Assembly (NCBI GenBank): GCA_048938025.1 | Contig: JBHLMP010000072.1 | Location: 1-12,421, forward strand | DNA: 12,421 nucleotides | From: Promethearchaeota archaeon | Lineage (GTDB): Archaea > Asgardarchaeota > Lokiarchaeia > Sigyniarchaeales > SOKP01 | Reading direction: 5' to 3' | Shown here: piece by piece, positions 1 to 6,389 of the stretch | Numbering within the stretch: the stretch's first letter is position 1 | Layout: the number at the start of each line of letters is the position of its first letter | The notes under the pieces: model-generated | Told to the model about the DNA's origin: nothing | Database searches by the model: none | The model's input: the letters and a program-made list of their open reading frames with translations, nothing else | Made by a program: the position numbers and the translations under genes

Positions 1-381
1 GGAACTATCCAAGCAGTCTATTCTGAAGTAAATGAAGCTGCTTGCCTCCAATGTGGAATTTCTGGTACCGATTTAGACTTAATGTGGAAAAAATTTTCCT
101 GTACAGGGCAAGAAATTGATTCTAAAGATGGTGAAACCACAAGTAAAATAGCCACTATCATTACTACCACTTCAATAATTGGAGGTATTCAATCTCAACA
201 AGTTATTAAATTTATTCTTGGTGTTGATGATTTCAAGGAGAAAAAAATTTGGAATAATGAAATAGGTGAACCTTTAATCGGAAAACAATTAATTTATAAT
301 GGTCTTACAAATAAATTTAATATTATTGAAAAAATTAAAGATCCAAATTGCTGGATATGTTCCTATAAAAAATCAAAATAA
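1..381 (+). CDS. ThiF/MoeB/E1-family ubiquitin-like activating enzyme, C-terminal part (5' truncated by window edge)
   Basis: Frame 1 is open from base 1 (GTIQAVYSEVNEAACLQCGISGTDLDLMWKKFSCT...), so the 82..381 ORF is only the tail. It has Zn-binding pairs CLQC (43-54) and DPNCWIC (Cys pair 349-360), a putative thioester Cys in FSCT (100-102) and the helix 'TTSIIGGIQSQQVIKFILG' typical of ThiF/E1 domains. It lies 45 bp upstream of an E2 gene. Confidence 0.88.
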   Translation, partial: GTIQAVYSEVNEAACLQCGISGTDLDLMWKKFSCTGQEIDSKDGETTSKIATIITTTSIIGGIQSQQVIKFILGVDDFKEKKIWNNEIGEPLIGKQLIYNGLTNKFNIIEKIKDPNCWICSYKKSK

Positions 382-426
382 GTATCTATATATTTAAATA
401 ATTTAAAGTTGTGATTAAGATTATAT

Positions 427-987
427 ATGCCTGAATTACCACTTGAAATTTGGAAGGATAGAATAAATAACGAGATTAAAAGTCTGGAAAGACTCAAGGT
501 TATTGAAAAAGATTCAATAATTTGGCAAGAAAATAATGTTGAATTTTTAATCATATTAAAAGCATTAGGATTTATCCGAGAAATTGAAGATCCTCAAAAT
601 TTATTACCCAAAACATCTCATCGAATCCTATTTAAACTAAATCGATCTTTCCCTTACCCTGGTGGTATAGATTTTGCTTGGTATTCTAATATTTTTCACC
701 CTAATATCCATCCTGTCGAATTACCTTATTCTACTAATCCAGGTACAGGCTATATTTGTTTAAATATTTTAAAACAGTGGTCGAGACTTTCTGATTTAGA
801 GACCACTGTAAAAGCATTAGAAAAATTATTGGAAGACCCAAATCCCGAGGATCCCCTTAACTATAACATATGTTTAGAAGCAGCAGACTTTTTTAAAAAA
901 GTAGATCTTGAAGCACTAAAAAGTCAATTTCAAAATAGCGAATTAGAAGATAAAAAAAATAATGACATTATTATAATTGATGATTAG
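427..987 (+). CDS. UBC-fold ubiquitin-conjugating enzyme (E2-like), 186 aa
   Basis: Shows an N-terminal helix 'DRINNEI', 'SFPYP', the signature IFHPNI, catalytic GYICLNIL (Cys111, 757-759), the conserved Trp and 'LLEDPNPEDPLN'. All are hallmarks of UBC E2s. Confidence 0.95.
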   Translation: MPELPLEIWKDRINNEIKSLERLKVIEKDSIIWQENNVEFLIILKALGFIREIEDPQNLLPKTSHRILFKLNRSFPYPGGIDFAWYSNIFHPNIHPVELPYSTNPGTGYICLNILKQWSRLSDLETTVKALEKLLEDPNPEDPLNYNICLEAADFFKKVDLEALKSQFQNSELEDKKNNDIIIIDD

Positions 988-989
988 GT

Positions 990-1253
990 TTAATAAAGAT
1001 ATCCACCAATAACTCTAGCCCACAAAGCTAATTTATCGTTTTCTTTTAATCCGAATTTATGGATAGCTTCTTCAATCGTTATACTATTTGGTAATTCCTT
1101 GTCATGAAGAACTAAGGTATATGACCGTTGCTCCACACTAATAATACCCATATGCTTTATAACAATATCAATAATCCGTTCGATGTGGTGATGCTCTTTA
1201 ACATCAAGTTTTATTACTTTACCGGTTCTGGAATCTTCTACTGATAACTTCAT
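990..1253 (-). CDS. Ubiquitin-like (beta-grasp) modifier precursor, 87 aa, ending ...RVIGG-YLY
   Basis: Ubiquitin-sized, with a beta-grasp pattern (MKLSVED..GKVIKLDV, helix IERIIDIVIKHMGI, YTLVLHDKEL..SITIEE, GLKENDKLAL) and a di-Gly three residues before the stop. It abuts the E2 gene. Confidence 0.88.
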   Translation of the reverse strand: MKLSVEDSRTGKVIKLDVKEHHHIERIIDIVIKHMGIISVEQRSYTLVLHDKELPNSITIEEAIHKFGLKENDKLALWARVIGGYLY

Positions 1254-1419
1254 TTGATTTCCTTTTTTTTAAAAAGATTGGTATTTATTTATATTTATCT
1301 TAAAATATTAAAATTTTTAAAAAAAATGTAAAAATTAAATATCTGCTCAATTTATTTTAATATAGAAATTCTCATTAACTTTTATTATAAGCATTAATTA
1401 ATCATCAAAATGAGCTTAA
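1254..1419. promoter_or_regulatory. Divergent promoter region between the Ubl gene and the 153 aa/peptidase pair
   Basis: 166 bp very AT-rich gap between divergent starts. There is a TATA-like TTTATTATAA at 1381-1390, about 30-40 nt before the 1420 ATG, and TATA-like stretches for the minus strand near 1285-1300. Individual elements are not resolvable with certainty. Confidence 0.5.
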
Positions 1420-1881
1420 ATGAGCCCTTATATGAAAAAGAAAGCTATTATTGATTTACCTACATTAGATGATGAATATAAAGATAAAATTAGAAAATCT
1501 ATAAGAGAAAACATTAAAAAGATTGAAGCTAGGACACCAAAACAAAATCTGGAAGCTCAACTAAAAATGATTGGTGGAATTGATGTGGAAGCAAATGAAA
1601 AATTAACAGTAAGAGAGATTCTTGAAAAGAATTTGGAGATAGATTTTGATGCTCTGAGTATAAAGATAAAATCGGATATATCAATAGAAAGAATTAAAGT
1701 AAGACCTGAATATGAAGTTTTTATTCCTGGTATTGGAAAAATTGACCAAGCTACTGCTATAAATGAAATAGGAAAGAAATCAAAATTGGGAAAACGCCTA
1801 ATAGATATTGAAATTTATACAATACAATTCGTTTTAGACAAAGCAAAAAGAAAGATCCAAACAGGTGAATTAGATTTATGA
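1420..1881 (+). CDS. Hypothetical protein, 153 aa, translationally coupled to the downstream peptidase
   Basis: Charged, helical-looking ORF. Its stop overlaps the next start (ATGA, 1878-1881). No family recognised. An alternative start lies at Met5 (1432). Confidence 0.75.
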   Translation: MSPYMKKKAIIDLPTLDDEYKDKIRKSIRENIKKIEARTPKQNLEAQLKMIGGIDVEANEKLTVREILEKNLEIDFDALSIKIKSDISIERIKVRPEYEVFIPGIGKIDQATAINEIGKKSKLGKRLIDIEIYTIQFVLDKAKRKIQTGELDL

Positions 1882-2495
1882 GTGGAACTATTAAATTCCT
1901 TGGAATTGATTCTAATTATGATGATGATACTAAGATAATTTATGACTATCGTAATGGAAAAGTTTATCCATACATTACTCAATTTACGAGAAATCTTGAA
2001 ATGAGACAAGGACAACTCGCGACGAGAGAAAAGGTTGAAGAAATAGCTATTGATCCCGAAATTAAGTATATTACAGGATCTGGGCATGGAGATAAATCTA
2101 CTTTTAAAGGTCATATGGGTGAGTATATTTTTAAAAAAAAGTGCCCTCTACGCAGAAAAGGTTATTCAAAAGAAGAAGTTATGGATAAAATAATACACCT
2201 TACCTCATGTTTTACAGCTGATACATTGGGAAATGATTTCGTGGATAAAGGCTGTACAGCATTTTTTGGATACTCTCATTATTTTCTCTATCCAGATGAG
2301 AACCATCGACATCTTCTTTTTGATTGTGATTCTCAAATTGATCATTCAATCGCAGAAGGAGATTCTCATGAGATAGCATATGCTAAAGCATTTGAATATT
2401 ATCAAACTACAATTGAAGAATTAATTGAAGATGGTAAAGATGATATAGCTGCTCAAATCAGAGGGAATTTTGATTGCTTCGAATATTTGTATTAA
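1878..2495 (+). CDS. Clan CD cysteine peptidase (caspase/gingipain C25/CHAT-like fold), 205 aa
   Basis: Hydrophobic strand plus His-Gly (YITGSGHG, His70, 2085-2087) and hydrophobic strand plus Ser-Cys (IIHLTSC, Cys111, 2208-2210), followed by 'LGNDFVDKGCTAFFGY', as in CHAT/C25 domains. SD-like GGTGA at 1864-1868. No signal peptide visible. Confidence 0.75.
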   Translation: MSGTIKFLGIDSNYDDDTKIIYDYRNGKVYPYITQFTRNLEMRQGQLATREKVEEIAIDPEIKYITGSGHGDKSTFKGHMGEYIFKKKCPLRRKGYSKEEVMDKIIHLTSCFTADTLGNDFVDKGCTAFFGYSHYFLYPDENHRHLLFDCDSQIDHSIAEGDSHEIAYAKAFEYYQTTIEELIEDGKDDIAAQIRGNFDCFEYLY

Positions 2496-2497
2496 AA

Positions 2498-3571
2498 TCA
2501 CAAAATTTCTGGTTCTTTATGTACATCTAAAATTTTTGCGACATCTTTTTTGATCTTTCTTTTATATGGAGTTACAGGTTTAGATTCATCAAAAGGTTCA
2601 TCACATACCCAACACATATTCTCACGATTGCTTAATGCTTCTGAACAACTAATACAATAAAGAGCACTGCATGAAGGGCAAATATAGTTAAGCCTTAGAA
2701 CTTTTCCTTTACATACAAGACAAATCTTCTTTTCTTTATGAAATATGACTTCCTCTTCAGTAATATGAGCAGGTCTTTCATATAATCTAAAGAGTGATTC
2801 CTCAACTTTTATCTCTTTTTTGACCTTTTCCCTTTTCTTTTTCGAGATGGGCGTTTCTCTCAAACCTACGTAAAAAAATAAGAATCCGCTCACCATTCCA
2901 ATTCTAGAATAAACTGGAGGAATGAAAAATCCGAAACGAGATGTTAATGCTGCTAATATAGGAAATCCAATAAAAAGAAAATATCCAATCGATAATAATA
3001 AAAATTTGTTTTTTATTAGTCCATCTGATCGAAAACTCTTAATTAAATATCCAAATCCACAAAAAAGTAATCCAAAAATTTCAAAAGCATATGTTAAAAG
3101 ATTTGCGGGAGAATTAGACATAATCATAATAATAATTAAGCTTTCGCCAGGGGTATCCGGGTATTCAAAATAAAAAGTACCTGAAGGATTAAAAAAAATG
3201 AATAACTCAAAGAGTAAACTTAAAATTAAAAATGAATAAACAAAATACCACTTTTTTCTAGGAACCATAAGTTCAGCACCTATATATACGGAAATTAATA
3301 GTACAATCGGAGCCCACATAATATGTACTATTCCCATCCATCCATAAGGATTATTTAGATTACGACCTGTTATTAACACTGCCAAAAAGTCGCAACACAA
3401 AACTAACCAAAAAAAACCTGCTAAGAGAATGTTTAAACCCATATATGAAAGGAGTTTGGCGTTTAATCTTTTTGCGTGAATTATTATTCCTAATCCGAGA
3501 ACCCAAGCAAAAATAAGGCAGACCATAGCTGAAAGACCATTTGCAAAGCTTTCAGCAGACAGTAAAATCAT
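2498..3571 (-). CDS. Seven-transmembrane protein with a C-terminal Cys8 (C4C4 RING-like) zinc finger
   Basis: Seven hydrophobic segments, a basic linker, then C-x2-C-x10-C-x2-C-x4-C-x2-C-x10-C-x2-C. Start placed at ATG 3571 because the track's GTG (3583) lies inside an SD-like AGGTG 9 nt upstream of that ATG. Confidence 0.85.
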   Translation of the reverse strand: MILLSAESFANGLSAMVCLIFAWVLGLGIIIHAKRLNAKLLSYMGLNILLAGFFWLVLCCDFLAVLITGRNLNNPYGWMGIVHIMWAPIVLLISVYIGAELMVPRKKWYFVYSFLILSLLFELFIFFNPSGTFYFEYPDTPGESLIIIMIMSNSPANLLTYAFEIFGLLFCGFGYLIKSFRSDGLIKNKFLLLSIGYFLFIGFPILAALTSRFGFFIPPVYSRIGMVSGFLFFYVGLRETPISKKKREKVKKEIKVEESLFRLYERPAHITEEEVIFHKEKKICLVCKGKVLRLNYICPSCSALYCISCSEALSNRENMCWVCDEPFDESKPVTPYKRKIKKDVAKILDVHKEPEIL

Positions 3572-3677
3572 TTTATACTGCACCTATTTTTATGATTAAA
3601 GGTTAAACTTTTTGATCCAAATTTCATGTGTTTTTGCTTGGTATTAAAATTTTATCCTTCTTCATTAAATAGATTTT

Positions 3678-3708
3678 AAAAAAAAAAAGCTAAGCAATTT
3701 CTTAGCTT
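3678..3708 (-). terminator. Hairpin plus U-tract terminator candidate downstream of the 103 aa gene
   Basis: Perfect 8-bp inverted repeat AAGCTAAG (3687-3694) / CTTAGCTT (3701-3708) with a 6-nt loop, running into 11 T on the minus strand (A run 3678-3688), about 11 nt past the stop at 3720. Confidence 0.6.
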
Positions 3709-3719
3709 CTATTAAAAAA

Positions 3720-4031
3720 TTATAGTATTATAATGCCTACAATAAAAATGGTAAGTATAGCACCAATAAAAGCTAATAAAAATAGTGCACAAGTTTGGTC
3801 AGGTAGACCTGTGATATGTCTAAATATCAGGTCACGAAATTCCAATAATTTCTTTATTGCTAGGATTACAATTATATCGATAATAGCGATTAGGATCCAA
3901 ATGATAATAGCAATTATCCAACAATCATGTAAAAAGAAGTAAACACCTGTTAAAATAAATATTATATTCAATATAATAGTAATAATAATTAAATGGATTC
4001 CTAATTTTGGAAAATTTGGTTCATCATTCAT
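3720..4031 (-). CDS. Small integral membrane hypothetical protein (about 3 TM), 103 aa
   Basis: ATG start, three long Ile/Leu-rich hydrophobic segments, and a downstream terminator-like element. Confidence 0.7.
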   Translation of the reverse strand: MNDEPNFPKLGIHLIIITIILNIIFILTGVYFFLHDCWIIAIIIWILIAIIDIIVILAIKKLLEFRDLIFRHITGLPDQTCALFLLAFIGAILTIFIVGIIIL

Positions 4032-4164
4032 AGGACTTCACATTTTGATTAGTTATAATTTTTCAAATAAGAGATGTTTAGGATAAAAAATAATCAGTTT
4101 ATATTTAAACATTTTTGTAAAAACCTGGGGCTAAATAAAAAACTAAGCAAAATTTGAATTTTTT

Positions 4165-5691
4165 TCAATTAATCTTTTTATATCTTTCCTTAGTTATTAT
4201 AATTTTTTGCTGAAAGATTGATGTTAAATCATTAGGCATTCTAAATTGAAAATAATTGTAGTTAAATTTACTTAATCTCATCATCAGCCTAGCGGCTTTT
4301 TTAATTTTTCGAGAATTAGTAATTGCAAACATATCTAATAGTTTGTTAGCAAATTTATCAAAAATATCAATGGTTTTTTTTTCAACTTCATAAAAAGCTT
4401 TAAAAAGATGGCTTAAGATTTTAAATCCCCCTCCTAAATGTATATGGTTAAACGGAAGGAATCCAAAAGCGTATAAAAATTCAGGTGGCAAATCTCTATC
4501 GTATAAACGATTTTCTAATTTTAATTGGTCAAATATTGGTGTATGAGGGATGGGTTTTAAGCTGTTAACAACAATTAAATCGGTATTAAATCTTAAATTG
4601 TTACTAATTTCTAAATCAATTTTTTCTTTTGTATGAAATGGTAAACCTATTATGAAATTATGTTTGGTAAAAATTCCTAAATTGTTTAATCTATCTATAA
4701 TTTTATCGGGATTTCCTTTATTTTTAATATAACCTCCTTCAAGAGTACTTTCAATTCCGCAACTCATCATTAAAAACTTCAATGGAGATTTTTTTTGAAT
4801 AGTTTCTAAATCAAATTTATTAATATGATTAAGTGATACAAGAGAAGTTAGAAAAACATTATTGTCAATACTTCTCGGATTTTCAATAAAATAATCAAAA
4901 ACTTTTTTCCAGATAGATTCTGGATAAAATGCATTAGGTTCACATAAGAATATAAAGACATCTTTACTAGATTTTAAGCTTAAATTCTCAATGAATTTTA
5001 TAATTTTTTTATGATTTGAAAAGGGGGTGTGCTGTAAAAGGTTTGTAGTTATACAAAAATCGCAATTATTTGGACATCCAATCTGAGTAATCAAAAATGA
5101 AGTGTTTACTTTTATAGGGAACTCATAGAAATGTCCAATTATTTCTGGAATTTCAAAATCTTCTTTTGAACGAAGGTTTAAATTAAATTTTTCACGTAGC
5201 CAATTAACACCATTACCGACACAAATATTCTTTGCGTCAACTAATTCGTGAATATGAGAATATACTGCTCCTACACCCCCAATATACAACATGATATCAT
5301 TAAATTCTGATTGAATAAAATTTATTAAATCAATCGTCCTATCTAGCCCCGTTCCATAAGTACTTAAAGCAATATGAGTTATTTCATTTTTATCCAAAAC
5401 TTTTTTTAAATTATTTTTAGTACAAATTTCATCGATTACGATTGAAGGAATTTCGGGAATATTATATGCTAAAAACCGACCCTCAATATTTATATCCAAT
5501 TTTGGTACAGTTGCAACACTTTTATTAGTTAAAAAGTTTAATTTGTCTCGATATTGGTCATATGCTTTATCAATTTCACCCTTATTTATTAATGGATTGT
5601 TATCATACTTAGGATTATCTCTAACTCTTAAGGGAAATCCTGTATCGATTAGTGAGAGACTCTTGATAAAAAGGATTTTATTCTTACTCAT
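4165..5691 (-). CDS. Radical SAM protein with a putative N-terminal B12-binding-like domain, 508 aa
   Basis: CxxxCxxC motif TQIGCPNNCDFC around residue 200, preceded by a Rossmann-like segment (ITHIALSTY...MLYIGGVGA...ICVGNG). Barrel motifs GIES, FIIGLP and LKPIPHTPIF follow. Substrate unknown. Confidence 0.85.
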   Translation of the reverse strand: MSKNKILFIKSLSLIDTGFPLRVRDNPKYDNNPLINKGEIDKAYDQYRDKLNFLTNKSVATVPKLDINIEGRFLAYNIPEIPSIVIDEICTKNNLKKVLDKNEITHIALSTYGTGLDRTIDLINFIQSEFNDIMLYIGGVGAVYSHIHELVDAKNICVGNGVNWLREKFNLNLRSKEDFEIPEIIGHFYEFPIKVNTSFLITQIGCPNNCDFCITTNLLQHTPFSNHKKIIKFIENLSLKSSKDVFIFLCEPNAFYPESIWKKVFDYFIENPRSIDNNVFLTSLVSLNHINKFDLETIQKKSPLKFLMMSCGIESTLEGGYIKNKGNPDKIIDRLNNLGIFTKHNFIIGLPFHTKEKIDLEISNNLRFNTDLIVVNSLKPIPHTPIFDQLKLENRLYDRDLPPEFLYAFGFLPFNHIHLGGGFKILSHLFKAFYEVEKKTIDIFDKFANKLLDMFAITNSRKIKKAARLMMRLSKFNYNYFQFRMPNDLTSIFQQKIIITKERYKKIN

Positions 5692-5963
5692 AGCGAACTA
5701 TTTGAAATGAGGGTGATAATTATTAATGAAATTTCTCAATTTATAATTCTTTACATTTTGATCAAATTAATAAAGATTACTAATTCTTGTAAAAAAACTA
5801 AAAATCAAATAGGGTAAACTTGTAAAAAATCTGTAAACAATTATATATCTTATTTACCATAAATCTTCTTAAAAGATAAATCAAACAAAAAATCAAAAAT
5901 TAAATTATAAAAAAGTTATTAAATTAATTAGTATACAATCTAAAATTTTAGTTGTTTCAGTTC

Positions 5964-6356
5964 ATGCCCGATTCTGACGGAAATAAACTTATTGTTAAGT
6001 TAGTTAAATGTTCTCGTTGCGGTAATCCTTATATGATTAAAAAAGGAGATAAAGCATCGGGAGAAATGATCTGTGAAAACTGTATTAAATTAGAGCAAAG
6101 AAAAAAGCGGCTTGCTAATTCAGTTATAGAATCACAAAAGATAATGCAAATCTCTATTGAAGAAATGAAAAATGCATTGAAACTAGCAAAATCACAATAT
6201 AGAAAAGACTTATACAAGGAAAAGATTAAGAAAAAATCAGGAAGTTTAACTAAATCCGTTGAGCTTTTGCAAAAGATAAGAGAGACTAACGAAGAAAAAT
6301 ATATTGATGAATATAAAAAATTGTTTGAAAAATTGAAGCAAAATTCTTCTGATTAA
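5964..6356 (+). CDS. Hypothetical protein with an N-terminal Zn ribbon and a Lys/Glu-rich coiled coil
   Basis: CSRC-x17-CENC followed by long amphipathic charged helices. ATG 5964 is preferred over the track's TTG 5952. Confidence 0.75.
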   Translation: MPDSDGNKLIVKLVKCSRCGNPYMIKKGDKASGEMICENCIKLEQRKKRLANSVIESQKIMQISIEEMKNALKLAKSQYRKDLYKEKIKKKSGSLTKSVELLQKIRETNEEKYIDEYKKLFEKLKQNSSD

Positions 6357-6367
6357 CCTTTTAAAAA
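6357..6367. terminator. Candidate bidirectional oligo-T terminator (CCTTTTAAAAA) between convergent genes
   Basis: T-tract on both strands in the 33-bp convergent gap. An identical 11-mer lies at the next convergent junction. Confidence 0.35.
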
Positions 6368-6389
6368 GTTTTAGATTTCATACTTGGTT

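Noticed and set aside
363-554. 63 aa minus-strand ORF
   Set aside because: Antisense shadow of the E1 end and E2 start, with no motifs.
1-1253. ThiF/ThiS or MoeB/MoaD sulfur-carrier interpretation
   Set aside because: The adjacent catalytic UBC E2 and the capped GG point to protein conjugation, and no thiamine or Moco genes are in view.
1815-2114. 99 aa minus-strand ORF
   Set aside because: Antisense to the coupled 153 aa/peptidase genes.
1-2495. Known antiviral Ubl systems (CBASS Cap2/Cap3, Bil)
   Set aside because: No CD-NTase or JAB in the window, and the E2 is a stand-alone HPN-type UBC. A defence role is not excluded but is unsupported.
2922-3173. 83 aa plus-strand ORF
   Set aside because: Antisense to TM-coding codons of the 7TM gene, which explains its Lys/Asn/Ile bias.
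3733-3942. 69 aa plus-strand ORF
   Set aside because: Shadow of the 103 aa membrane gene, which has better TM structure and a terminator.
1404-5762. ATCAAAATG upstream of three genes (1404 plus; 4041 and 5754 minus)
   Set aside because: Inconsistent distance to start codons and low complexity; likely chance.
6029-6217. 62 aa minus-strand ORF
   Set aside because: Antisense to the Zn-ribbon protein.
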